64,000 nucleotides of DNA, from positions 31,124,001-31,188,000 of the forward strand of contig OZ024751.1 of NCBI GenBank assembly GCA_964016885.1, in the 5' to 3' direction. The notes beneath the pieces are model-generated. The model was given only the letters and a program-made list of their open reading frames with translations. It was not told the DNA's origin and did not search any database. Shown here one piece after another: positions 1 through 12,794 of the stretch (position 1 is its first letter; every line of letters starts with the position of its first letter). The translations under genes were made by a program, and so were the position numbers. The stretch comes from Eledone cirrhosa (lineage: Eukaryota).

Positions 1-953
1 TTGTGATTGAAAGAATTATGAGGTAATTGAAAAAAAATCTAATTTGAGACCCAGTTAATTAGCTGTTTTTAAACATTTTACCTTCTCTGAGTGGACCAAG
101 AACAATTAAGATATTTCTTTACATCAAAAGCTAACAAAGATACCTCCAGTTTTCTAACTAGTTCAGAGATTGGAAATCAACCAAAAAGAATATTTAAAAT
201 TAAATTGCAAAAGAACTTAAATAAAATAAATAAAATTGTAAAAAAATTCTCACATGAGTTTTGTAAATTTGTTTTTAATTGTTAATTTTTGTGATTTCTT
301 TTTTTTTTTTTTAGTGTTCGGCCAACTTTCTACAATTTTGAACCATTCTCTTCTAGATTAATTACCATAACTGTAAGCACGTGTACACAAGAGAGCTGGC
401 AACCTTTCTTATCACTTCACTCTCTCAATGGCAACAAACATAACTTAATTCAGTTTCAATAATCGTGCTTTGTCTTTTAATAACAAAACCTCTACTTCTT
501 CACCACTACAATTCAAAAATATCATATGTCAAAGTGGAATGTTCACGTAGCTTATTCAATAAGGCTTGGTTAATAAATCTAATTTCAATATCAAATATCT
601 CTCAAACACTAGTTGCCCAACGTATAAATGAAACAGTTTTATATATTAATCTTTAACCCACGTAATAATGAATCTGAGATTTTGATATTTATTTTTAGAA
701 CAATACCTAAACGTCGGTATGAGTGGTTGGTTACAGCCGGTTTGAACAGAAAGAGATGAGAGAATTCTGGCTAAATGCTAAAGGGTTAAGAAGAAAATAC
801 AGAAAAGTAGCGCTTTTAATTCTGCCAGGAGTTGCTACTGGTAGATAGTATTAGCAAATGGAAAGACCAATGGAAACATTCTTTCCTTGGTCAAATCTGA
901 CAAGTTTCACCCCACTCAGTAAGTGAGTGAGGTCTGAGGTCTTGTAGTTTTGT

Positions 954-1169
954 TTAACCTTTTAGTATTTAAACCTGCCATATTCGGCCAGAATTCTCTC
1001 ACCTCTTTCTGGTCAAACTGGCCGTAACTGGCCACTCATACTGATGTTAAGGTATTGTTCTCAAAATAAATAACATCAAAATCTCGTAGATTCGATATTA
1101 TGTAAGATAAAGCCTTTACCACGAAAATACAATAGTAAATATAGAGTAATATAAATACTAAAGGATTAA
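954..1169. mobile_element. piggyBac-like non-autonomous element (MITE), degenerate copy
   Basis: Begins TTAA-CCTTTTAGTATTT and ends ATACTAAAGGA-TTAA. Internal sequence matches the copies at 19774-20001 and 31254-31470. Confidence 0.6.
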
Positions 1170-2615
1170 AAAAAAAGTGCTTTTAAAACTTCTACAATGA
1201 AATATCCTATTTATACAACAAGACTTGTCTAATAAATCTAATTTTAATACTAAATATATCTCAAATACTGCAATGCTCAACAAATAAATGAAACAGTTTG
1301 ATATATTTAATCTTTAAGAAGAAAACAGAGATAAGTGGTGCTTTTAAAACTTCTTCAATGATATATACATTTAATTTAAATTTAATCTTTTCAATACCTA
1401 GCTGACTTAGAAACTGTACTAAAGTGTTCTGATTTTAATTAAAAATCTCCTAACATGAATGATATCGCATCTCAGTTGATAACATAAAATAGCAATATCT
1501 AAAGTTATAGTGTTGGTGATCCACACAAACACACCCAGCACACCTAGCACGAAAAACAATGTAAAATTAAGCATTACCGATGTGCCACTTGATGCAATGC
1601 AAAGTGAAGTAGAGCCAACATGCCACTCTATGCAATGTAAAATGAAGTATTTTGCTCAACAATCAACGTACCACCTTGTGCAGGAATTGAACTGACCATC
1701 TTCTGATCATGAGTCAAACACTAACAACTAGGGTCATATGCCTTCATGATTACAAACACTCACACATATATATTCTAATAAGTACCTTCACAAAGTTAAT
1801 GTAAAAAAAAAAAAGAGATCAATGTGTGTGTGTGCATGTGTGTGTATCTTGTAGACAAACACTTTAAAACCTTTACAGCAATTTTTATCAGTCCCACCCA
1901 CCCTCTACAATCTATTCAATTATATCCTGACAACTGTTCTATTTATTTTCTGTCCCCTCTGGTTATTTTAACATTGAAGTGAGCAACAATTTATTACTGT
2001 CTACCATTCATCATCGAACTGAACTATAGCAATTCAATTAAACAGAAAAAAAAACAAACAGATGCAATGGCTAACAGCTGCAAGAATGTGTATATGGGTG
2101 TAAGGAGAGAAATATATACAGGAAGTTCTTTAAAATTAACAAATTTTAATGGGGATAACAATCTTCAGATGTTAGTAACATCACTGTTTAACGTCTATTT
2201 TCCATGCTAGCAAGGGTTACATGGGCTATTACATTACGAGGCTAGACAGGTTAGGTGACCATCTCTTGCTCATATGCTCTGTTTTGGGCTTGGTTTTCCA
2301 CAGCTGGATGCCCTTAGTGCCAACAACCTTACAGAGTGGACTGGGTGCTTTTTTACTGTAGCTCCAGCACAATAACCTTACACGGTGGACTGGGTGTTTT
2401 TTTGTTGTAGCATCAGCACTACCCTCTTACAGGGTGGACTGGGTACTTTTTTGTTGTGGCACCAAAACTGTAGGAGAGCAACCCATGTGCTGTGTATGTG
2501 TGTGTGTGAGTGATCTTTAAGAAATGGATAGCTGAGAGTGTGAGAGTGAGTGAGAGTGTGAGAGTGAGTGACAGTGTGCGCGTGAGTGACTGAGCATGAG
2601 CAAGTGAATGATTAA

Positions 2616-2647
<32 letters not shown>

Positions 2648-2908
2648 TGTAATAATTGAATTAATTAAAGTCCAAGAGTTTTAATTACAGGAAAGCTTTA
2701 CATGTTTCTCAGGAAGACCAAATCTTAATGGGAAAACTCTGGAGTTTAAAAACTAGTTTTAAAATACAAAACAAACAAAAATCAATTAGCTTCATATATT
2801 GAAGTGTTGAAAGTATTTAGACAAATATTTATTACATTTATTTTTCATGATATTTTTCACTCTCATTGCTGCCCAATGTGTATTCAACATGTTGCTTGCT
2901 TGGTTTTA

Positions 2909-3229
2909 TAACTCCTGAGGGAGTCGTAGGGATGCCCTATTGGCATACAGTGTTTCTAGGGTATTTATTTATTTTAACCTGGTGGAACCCATCCCTTTCC
3001 AGGCCTGAACACAGCAGATTTCTTCCAGAGAATGATAGAGAGTGAGAGAATGGAAACGAGAAAGAGATATAGAGGAAGAATCGACTCCAGTACTTGACTG
3101 GTACTTTTTTATCAACCTCGAAAAGATGAAAGGCAAAGTTGACCTCGACAGGATTTGAGAGCCGAGAGCAAAAACGAACACCACAAAGCATGCTATCCAA
3201 TGTTCTAACGACTGCCAATTTGCTGCCTA
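2909..3229 (-). mobile_element. tRNA-derived SINE with a GCCTTTCATC...GATAAAAAAAGTACCAG central domain and a distinct 3' tail
   Basis: Same architecture recurs at ~27603-27870 (same orientation) and ~63365-63648 (opposite orientation). Confidence 0.65.
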
Positions 3230-5487
3230 TTCAACATGTTAGTGTAGGTTAAATAAAGACTAATACTCATACTGCTTAGTTAAAAGTAGTTAAAGTCTGA
3301 CCCAAACCTAGCCTAGAGATTCATTAGGCATGTGCTTATCCCAGTTTCATCAGCATTAAGTGACAGAGTACTAGACTCCCCCACACCCCCTGGACAGGAC
3401 GCCAGTCTATTGTGGGATTAAACTTCCAGCTCTTGACACTATTCAATTTCAATAATCAAGAATTTGGAGGGATTTAGTAATATAAAACTTTCTCGTTATT
3501 AAGGGTGTTTCGAATATAATTTAAAACAGGTTCTTAAAATTATAATGGAAGAATTTTAAATGGATATAAACACTTTAAAACAAAGTCTTCAGTCTGTCTC
3601 ACGCCCAGTTTCTGTGGCACGAAGTGACAATACAAAACTCGCTAGTCCATTTATTGGTGGTACTCATTTTCAGCTGAGTATACGTGAAATGAAGAGTTTT
3701 GCTCAAGAAAACAACACTCAGCCCAGTCCTGGAATCAAACCCACGACCTTATGATTGTAAGTCCAACTCCCTTACTACTAGGCCACACACTTCCATTGCT
3801 TGACTTTGGTTCCTCATAACTTTCTTAATAATAGGAAAACATAGGCAAGTAGTGAATTATAGAAGTTGTGATTCAGAGGCTGAATAATTCAGGAAAGTAC
3901 TGAGAGTGGTGATTGAGGGATAGTGAAGGAAGAGATGCAAACCGTTTGTTCAGAGGTACAGAGTCCATTATAGTAGCAGAGAGGAGGGAGACTGTAAGTT
4001 AGTTGTTATAGTGTGTTGATGAGTGAATCTCAACAATCAGACAGATGACCTTATAATTTTATATCTTATTTTTAACTGCAATCTAAGGTGTTTGTGTAGC
4101 AGTAACACTGTTGTACATACATAAAACAGCATTCACAATATGGATTGCATTAGTGTTTTACAGAGGGTCAGCAACTGATAATCTTTGCTGTTCAGTTTTG
4201 ACAATGTTATGTATGTGTGTAAGGTTGCCATGAGATAAGAGATTTTGAAGCCTAGCATTTGAAATGACTGGGTTTTTTTAAAATCTTTGTATGTATTCAA
4301 TTTAGACTAGGTATACCATATGCCAGTATGTTATATAACCATATATCTCCAGTTTAGAATAGATACACCTTATCCTGGTATGCTGTAAAAAGCAACTAAA
4401 GGAGTTGGTTTCAGGATGAGCATCTGGCTGTAAAATATTGACTTCAAAAGTTCCATTGAACCCATGCCAACATTGAAATGTCAATGTAAAAACGATGATG
4501 ATGATGTATTATTTACTAGGAGAAAATGTATAGTGTTGTAAGATTGGTCCTTTCTTATGTGTAGTGATTCAGTTTTGGTTTTGTTAAAGTAGGAATAGCT
4601 CATGATTGGAGGTTGTTTAGTAAGTCTCTATTGATGGAGGCCATGTTAGTTTAGTGAAAGATTGTTTTGTAGGTCTGTTGATGGAGGCCATGTTAGTTTA
4701 ATGAAAGATTGTTTTGTAGGTCTCTGTTGATGCAGACCATGTTAGTTTAGTGAAAGATTGTTTAGCTTGTATAAGGATGACACCTTTGTTTTCAGTTGAC
4801 AGATAGATTGAATGAGTACAGTATCAGAGATGGAATTCAAACCAGCCTTGGTCATTGACACTGTACAACACCAGAGATGGAATTCAAACCAGCCTTGGTC
4901 ATTGACACTGTACAGTATCAAAAACAGAATCCACACCAACCTTAGTCATTGATATTTCAGCCAGTAATCTACCATGTTAACTTAGTTAACTACAATTAAC
5001 AGCATCAGTATCATATTGGTTGGTGTGTGTGAGAGAGCAAGAGAGAGGCTGGCAACAATAAGATGTCTGACAAAGATATATATAAATAAATAAATCTTGC
5101 AGTCAAACAGAAGTACTCTGAATTGTTCATTAAATTAGAACCTCTGTACTAATATGAACTACATCTAACATTAATTAGGTCATATAATTAACCTAACTAA
5201 TCTAATAATCCTTTGTAAATGCACAATCACAGATTGATTTCCAATCTTCCACTATATTATAAAAATGGGTTGATAAAATAGAATTCAAATGAAATGTTTA
5301 AATTAGTACAACAAATAAGGTTGTACAAGGTATATATATATTAACTGATAATTCTTAAATTTTATCTACTTTCAACTAGTACAATAAATAGAGTTGTACA
5401 AGGTGTGTGTGTGTATATATATATACACAAATGCGGTTGATGCTATGAAAAAAGAGTACTCAGTACTGAAGTAGAGTTTTAATATTC

Positions 5488-5568
5488 ATTTTATTAAGAC
5501 TAAATAGTGACTTGTTACTCTGGAGTTTTGCCCGAAATTCCAGACTCACTATTTAGCCTTAATAAAAT
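5488..5568 (-). ncRNA. Degenerate type I hammerhead ribozyme remnant (Penelope/retrozyme-like)
   Basis: Minus strand reads ctaaatagTGA-GTCTG(gaattt)CGGGC-AAAAC-TC(ca)GAGT-A-acaag-tcactatttag. Stem II, stem III, a GUA cleavage triplet and a 23-bp stem I are recognisable. The CUGANGA core is truncated and GAAA reads AAAA. Confidence 0.5.
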
Positions 5569-5668
5569 ATATATATATTCATGTCCTGGGTATGGCATTA
5601 AACTGCATCCAGCGGCAAGGCTCCAGTTCGGGAGTTCAGGAGCTGTGGGGAATGTGGATTTATCCCTT

Positions 5669-6140
5669 CATCATCAACGTTTAACGTCCTTGTTCCACGC
5701 TTGCATGGGTTTGGACGGGGGTTTTCCCACTTGAGGCAAGAGTGGTTATCTTGCTTGCATAGGACTGTCTGGCGGGTTTTCTACAGCTGGATGCCCTTCC
5801 TAACACCAACCACATTTACAGTGTGGGGCTGGGAGGTTTTTACCGTGTTGCCTACACGGCCACATTACAGCGTGAACTGTGTGTTTTTTTGTCGTGACAC
5901 CTACACAATCTCATTTGTTTCGGCCTGGATGGTGTGGCACCAACATAACTTTACATTGAAAGGGGCGGTGTGGATGGGGTGGGGGTGGTGGGACGGGGTG
6001 TATTTTGTTAGAGATGCCTACTGGCTGTAGTAGGTTTTACTTTGTATTTAGGTAAGGCGGGTCTTCTCTATTACTGAGTACCGCCAAAGGTCTCGGTCCA
6101 GTGACACTGTCTTGGAGAGATGTAAGTGTGTGATGTCGGA
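5669..6140 (-). mobile_element. SINE-like retroposon (GGAAGGGCATCCAGCTGTAGAAAAC motif, (GAT)n tail) nested in an older repeat
   Basis: Flanked by a near-perfect TSD, ATTTATCCCTT (5658-5668) / ATTTACCCCTT (6141-6151). A near-identical copy lies at 63684-64000. Confidence 0.75.
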
Positions 6141-6398
6141 ATTTACCCCTTAGTTGTTATAACTCCCAGGTCTGCTCTGGCCCAGAGCAGTAGTACCTGT
6201 TAGGTAAGATGTTATCAGCTATTGAAAAGAAACATGGAGAGTATATTTAACAGCACTAGGGTTAGAGCCCCTAACTACAATGTTAAAAAGCAATCAGGTC
6301 ATTATGACTGCTGGTTTAGAGACGGAGGGAGGGCCAATGCATGATGGATGGACTGTCTTAGATGCAACATAAAAATATTATATCTGGAATTTTACCCG

Positions 6399-6449
<51 letters not shown>

Positions 6450-6876
6450 CCGATAATTCTTAATAAATTTTATTTATTTTCTCCACTCCCATCGGCACCA
6501 TTAACACAGCATGTATTTGTTGCTACAATCAACTAATGTGCAACAGCAAATCCCTTCAAAATCTATATTCATTATTATTTTCGGATTCATGATTACAAAA
6601 AAATTAATCGCCTAAGTGTTCTCTTAACACACACAGTGTTTGTCTTACATTGCTTACATCAGTTGAACACCTGTGACTGTTCACATCCACACACTATTAT
6701 TATTATATTGTCATTATAACAACCATCACATCCATACACTTATTATTATTACAACCTCACATTTACAGATTATTATTATTATTATTATAACAACCTATGT
6801 ACACAACTAAATAGGAAACATGTTTTATGAATGAATACTTCTTTAGAGTATTGGTTTCTATAGTATATTTTGTAAA

Positions 6877-7085
6877 GGTGCGTGGCTTAGTGGTTAGTGA
6901 ATTGGATTCGCAATCGTCAGGTTGCGAGTTCGATTTCCGGGCGATGCATTATGTCCTTGAGCAAGACATTTTATTTTACGTTCTTTGTTCGAGGAGTTGA
7001 CCGGTAGATTGTTTTCTTGATTCGATTTGACGATTTCCACCCCACTCGATAAGTGAATGAGGTCTGGGTTCTTGTCGATCGATTA
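6877..7085 (+). mobile_element. tRNA-derived CORE-type SINE
   Basis: A box TGGCTTAGTGG and B box GAGTTCGATT, then TGTCCTTGAGCAAGACATTTTATTT (CORE-like). The 3' tail is shared with 815-945, 49270-49410 (-) and 54347-54485. Confidence 0.75.
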
Positions 7086-7127
7086 AAAAAAAATACTATA
7101 CATATATATGGTAATTTTTTTAAAATA

Positions 7128-7158
<31 letters not shown>

Positions 7159-7580
7159 TATGTAAATAGTATAGTGGAAGAAACTGTCACCAGCAACTCT
7201 GATAATGTTTTCTCTGCCAAACATAACGAATGAACGTTGTTATATGATATATTTTATAACAGTTCCACAAATTACACTTCCTTCAAATGTTTTAAACTAG
7301 AACGTCAGCAGCCTGAGAAAGGAAGACAGCGAGGTGGGGTGGCTGTTACAGCGGGTATCACTTGCCACTGTCTGCGGAAATGCTTTTACGGTCTTGTCAC
7401 GGGGCATAGCCCCAACACCATCGCTGCCTAGGCCTAGAGCCCCCCCCCCACCCCACCCCACCATTCTTCTCTGGCTCCAGAGCCCTTGCTTTTCCTTTCC
7501 TTTTCAAAATATTAGTGTTTTTCTAATTATTTTAAAGTCATTCATTCATGTAGTTACTCATTTATTAAATTGTGTATATT

Positions 7581-7618
<38 letters not shown>

Positions 7619-7782
7619 TGTTTCTACTTTTGGCACAAGGCCAGCAATTACCCAGTGTATTACTGGTACTTTGTTTTATCAACCCCGTAAGGATGAAAGG
7701 CAAAGTAAACCTCGGCAGGATATATATAATACCAACAAACTGGTTTCCCAGTTCACTTATGTTTGCAAGTTCAATTGCAAGC

Positions 7783-7822
<40 letters not shown>

Positions 7823-8930
7823 GTGTGAGTGTGAGAGAGTGTGTGTGTGTGTATATATATATAAATATGCAAAAGAAACCAAAGAACGCTTACATACTCA
7901 AACAGTCTTTATTCACTTACAATGTTTCATCCTCACCTTTTGGCAGGAATCATCAGAGCCTAATAAATACAGTGTTGAGTATTAGCTCTACAAAAACTTA
8001 GTCACGCGAACAATAAGAATAAAGATAGGGGGATCGGAGATAGATAACAAAGAGGTCATGCTGGGGTTACTAAGCATCACTGCAAAATACCAAGGCACAA
8101 TTGGATTCGAAGATACAGTAGATGGCACTCAAAAATACAGAATGTAAAAGCAAAAAGTGTAAAAGCATAAAAAAGTACATAAAAAATACATGGGGTATAT
8201 AATTGATGATTAAACAAGTTTAAGTACTATATAGAAGAAATGAAGTGTAGAAAAGGACTTTGTCGGCACTACAATGAACACCCCTAGGGATTGTATAATA
8301 CAGACAAAATAAACAACACTCCTTCTGTTTCTTAGACAAGCAATCGGAAGTTGAAATACTCAAAATAATCAAGAATAAACCCCGTTGTTATGTAATATAA
8401 TAATCATATTATAATAGACAGATTAGAGTAATATGTTTCGGGCTACGTGTATTATAGTTTTAATTCATACTTTATTTTTCTGTTTGACTAAATATTCTTT
8501 ATTTTTATGTAATTTTATCATAAAAAAACAATTTTGAGTATTTTGAAATTAAAAAAATAAATTCTATTTAACATTAGTAACAACCTATATTTACTAAATA
8601 TAAAGACAGTTTATAAGATGTTTATTTAATAAAGTAGTCCGACAAAAGGGCAACGTCTATTATAGTAGTTTTAATTCAATTTATCGTTAATAATTATTTC
8701 TACTTTAGGTAGAAGTCCAGCAACTTTGGGTGAGGGGGGAATCGATTAAATAGACCACAATGCATGACTGGTACTTTATTTTATCGACCTCGTATAACAA
8801 TTTTTTTGGGGTGGGTGGGGGTGTGGGTGGGTGGGGGGGGGGGGGGGGGGGAGTCGATTAAATCGACTCCAGTCCGTTACTGGTACTTCATTTAACATGA
8901 GTAACAACTCAAAAACAGTTTATAAGATAT

Positions 8931-9721
8931 ATTTCTTTATTAGCCACAGGGGCACAAAAGAAGGGGACAAATACAAAGGGGGAAGTTTACATACAATAAA
9001 AACGTGTAAAATGTTATCACAGATGGAATTTAAAAGTTAGTCGATTTTCCCCAATAGAGGGAGACAGTTTATATGGGTAACACAGACCCCCGAAAAAAAT
9101 GTGCAACCCTCATCTCCAGGAGTACGAAGAGCTTGTACTCCTTTCCTCTCCTCCTCCTTTTCCTCAACCTACAGGCTGATATAGAGAGAAGGCCCATTCA
9201 CTCGGGCCATTCTCGCCACTTTCACCCACCTTTCATAAAACTTGCTGGGGTACAGCACCTCTCTCTCCATCCTGATTCTTCTTCCAAAGTGGTATTTGAA
9301 AAAAAGAATCAGTTGTTGGCCGGAGAGAAAGGTGTCTGACCTCAGCCCTTTCAACCTTGTCCACCATACAACCTCTTTCGCCATAGCTATCACACAAAGG
9401 AAAACCGCCTCTCCTTCGTTTTTGAAGGAGGGTGGCGGTTTGATCATGACAATGGACTCGGTGGTCAACTGGATTGGTCCCACCCGCGACAATAGTCGTT
9501 CCACATAGCCCCACAGGTCAGTGACGCCCGGGCAGTGTATGAATGCGTGCGCGACGGTTTCTTCGTCTCGCACGCACCTCGGACAGATTTTTTTGCAGGG
9601 TCCCTGCCCGGGCGCCCATGTCTGTAGAGCTTGTCTCGAACTGGTAGAGCTCCTCGGTAGCACTGCCAGGCCAGGGACTTTTGGAAGTTGTCCATCGGTC
9701 CCGGGCGGAAGGTCCTACCGA
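8931..9721 (-). mobile_element. 5'-truncated L1/Tx1-clade LINE (ORF2 C-terminal zf-RVT/CCHC region plus 3' UTR)
   Basis: Two overlapping minus-strand ORFs join across a frameshift as WQCYRGALPVRDKLYRHG...CPRCVRDEETVAHAFIHCPGVTDLW (CX2CX7-8HX4C). AATAAA lies at the 3' end. Perfect 12-bp TSD TTTATAAGATAT at 8919-8930 and 9722-9733. GC-rich relative to the flanks. Confidence 0.9.
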
Positions 9722-11264
9722 TTTATAAGATATTTACTTAACTAGTCCGACAAAAGATGTTTTTAATTGAACCCAACCATTTAAAAATGTCTAGTAATAC
9801 TAGAAAAAATAAAGTTTCCCTTAAATTTAAAATCGATAGATCTATAAATCAAAAGTGTATTTTGTTTACCAAACGACTAATTAATCTCTTGTATAATACT
9901 AAATTTAATTGTAACGAAGAAAAGTTTTACTGGTGAGAGAAAGAGGCAGAGAAGAACGATAGAGACATAACAGAGAGGAAGAGAGAGAGAGAAGAAAGAG
10001 AAAGATAGTGAGAAAGAGAGAGAGAGAGAGAGAATATATATATATAATTTCCAATGAATGAATGGACTAATTAAATCTGAGAAAACTACTGTTGTACTAC
10101 TTTAGTTATAGTGGGAACCTAACTAAAACACCACCATCTAATACGAAGGACTTTACCAGACAACAAAGGAGTCTTTATATGGTCGCACGACCTGTTAGAA
10201 ATAACAGTCAAATTTCTTCAAACCACACCCCAATGTCTTACAAGAACAACACAATGGACAATGTAGTCTTAGATACAGAATAAAAAAAAGATGGGATGGA
10301 TACGGCTAGAAAACTTATAGCTTCATTCAATGAGTTCGGTTAGAAATAACAGCAAAATCTACCTCAAATTACATATACTACCGTCTTAAAAAGAGAAAGG
10401 ACATGTACTAGGTCTGAAAACACTCTAAAAAACGGGGTAGTTCACGGCTCGATCTCCTTTGATCATTGGTCTGTACGATCACTATTGACCTAGGGTTAAA
10501 CAACAATAACTGAAGTATATTAAAATAGGCGTGTGTGTGTGTGTGTTTTTTTTATAGACAAGATATAGCTACATTTATACCTGCTCTTCCGGATATCTCA
10601 CTAATTACACACGAAGGAGGAAAAGGTTTGTGTGTGTGTGTCTGCATGTGTAAGTGTGTGTCTGCATGTGTAAGGGTGTGTCTGAATGCGTGAGGGTGTG
10701 TCTGCATGCGTGAGGGTGTGTCTGTATGTGTGTGTTGTCACAGTCAATAGAGTAAATGTTGGTTAGAATCAGTGAAAGGATTGCGAGACAAGCATTTGGA
10801 TATCAACAGAAGAATTCTATTGGGATTGTCTACATGAAATATATACTTATCTCTATAACAAATATATATTCGTCTCTATATAAAATATATTACTCGTCTC
10901 TATATAAAACATTACTTGTCTATATATAAAACATTACTTGTCTATATATAAAATATATACTCATCTCTATCACAAATATAAATATACACTCGTCTCTATA
11001 TAAAATATATACCAGGTAAACTGACTGAAAACAGAAACAAATATATTGTCATCAATAATGATGATAATTTCTTTATTAATCACTGGTGGTGGTAGTGGTG
11101 ACAGTAGTGGTAATAGAAAAGGTGGTGGTTGTAGTAGTTTTGGTAGTTGTGGTGGTGTTGATGGTGGTGGTGTTAGTGGTGTTGATGGCAGTAGTGGTGA
11201 TTTAGGTATTAGAAGTGGTGTAGGTAGAAAGAGTAGCAGTAGTAGTGGTAATAGAAGTGGTGTG

Positions 11265-11850
11265 GCGGTAGAAGTTGTGTTGATGGTAGTAGTGATGGCG
11301 GTAGAAGTGGTGTTGATGGTAGTAGTGGTGTTGATGGTAGTAGTGGTGTTGATGGTAGTAGTGGTGTTGATGGTAGTAGTGGTGTTGATGGTAGTAGTGG
11401 TGGCGGTAGTAGTAGTGGTGGCGGTAGTAGTAGTGATGGCGGTAGTAGTGGTGTTGATGGTAGTAGTGGTGTTGATGGTAGTAGTGGTGTTGATGGTAGT
11501 AGTGGTGTTGATGGTAGTAGTGGTGTTGATGGTAGTAGTGGTGTTGATGGTAGTAGTGGTGTTGATGGTAGTAGTGGTGGCGGTAGTAGTAGTGGTGGCG
11601 GTAGTAGTAGTGATGGCGGTAGTAGTGGTGTTGATGGTAGTAGTGGTGTTGATGGTAGTAGTGGTGTTGATGGTAGTAGTGGTGGCGGTAGTAGTAGTGG
11701 TGGCGGTAGTAGTAGTGATGGCGGTAGTAGTGGTGTTGATGGTAGTAGTGGTGTTGATGGTAGTAGTGGTGGCGGTAGTAGTAGTGATGGCGGTAGTAGT
11801 GGTGTTGATGGTAGTAGTGGTGTTGATGGTAGTAGTGTTAGTAGTGTTGG
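11265..11850. repeat. GGT/AGT-based minisatellite, main unit 18 bp (GTAGTAGTGGTGTTGATG)
   Basis: Direct tandem repetition; explains the poly-Val ORF 11046-11891. Confidence 0.95.
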
Positions 11851-12677
11851 TGGTAATAGTGATGTTGTTGCTGGTAGTAATAGTACGATAATGATGGTAA
11901 TGATGATAACAGTGATTTCATAAGCTCATAACTTCTAAATGAAAAATACGATGAAGTAAACATCAGATTTCTCATTACATAAATTAACGACGACACTGAA
12001 ATTTATCTTCCAACTAAGTTCAGATTAAATGTGACAAACGTATTTATTTAAGTAGAGTCAGAAATACATAGATAAATAAATAAACGAAAGTCTAGAAATA
12101 TATTGACAATTGGCAAAAGTTAACAGTTTAAGAGAACAGGGAAATGCAAAAAATTATTATGAACTAATCACGCCACTTTAATAATGTTGACAGCAACTTG
12201 CTGTCTGCATGAGTAATTGACCAACTAACGTGAAGAAGGGATGAAAATACAAACACTACAGAAGAATAACAAACAGTTTGAGATAGTAAACATTTTATTT
12301 AAGCTCTTGGCTATCAAGGAATTAATTCAAGCAATTATATCTTATAACATGCTTCGTTTAATAAGCATTTGTGATTAAGGAGTGTGCACTATTAATTAGT
12401 ATGTCCGAATAACCATGCATTAGCAATAATAAAAACAACAACGACGACGATCATGATAATATTAAACAACAAAGAATGTTATAAACTAAATATGATCAAG
12501 ATGAATGAAATAGACTGTAAAAGACTAATTCTAATACACACTACGTTAAGGGGAGATTTAATGTAAGAGAGAGAGAGAGAGAAAAAAAATGATGATAGTA
12601 TAGAATTATTACCCTTTATTAAGAATTTTTTTTGTTTCTATTCAGATAAGGTAGAGATGTTCTTGATGTTTACTTAC

Positions 12678-12794
12678 CTTGGCTCGCTGTACAACTGCCA
12701 TTACCTGGAGTTTTTCGGCTTCCGTAAGTGCCGAAAGATCAGGTAAAGCATAGGTTAAATTGTTTTTGTCTACAGCTGCCATTTTCGCTTCCAT
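12678..12794 (-). CDS. Probable first coding exon of a RIM/Piccolo(Fife/Clarinet)-family presynaptic active-zone protein (N-terminal Rab-binding helix)
   Basis: 117 nt encode MEAKMAAVDKNNLTYALPDLSALTEAEKLQVMAVVQRAK, ending at a strong donor AAG|GTAAGT (phase 0). There is an upstream in-frame stop. PDLSxLTExEK..I/V.AV..R.K matches the RIM/Piccolo/rabphilin RabBD helix motif as recalled. Confidence 0.75.

Noticed and set aside
6877-6945. tRNA gene
   Set aside because: The A/B boxes are followed by a SINE core and the acceptor stem does not close; this is a SINE head. The same applies to 37065, 54232 and 57335.
11046-11891. 281-aa Val-rich ORF
   Set aside because: GGT/AGT minisatellite.
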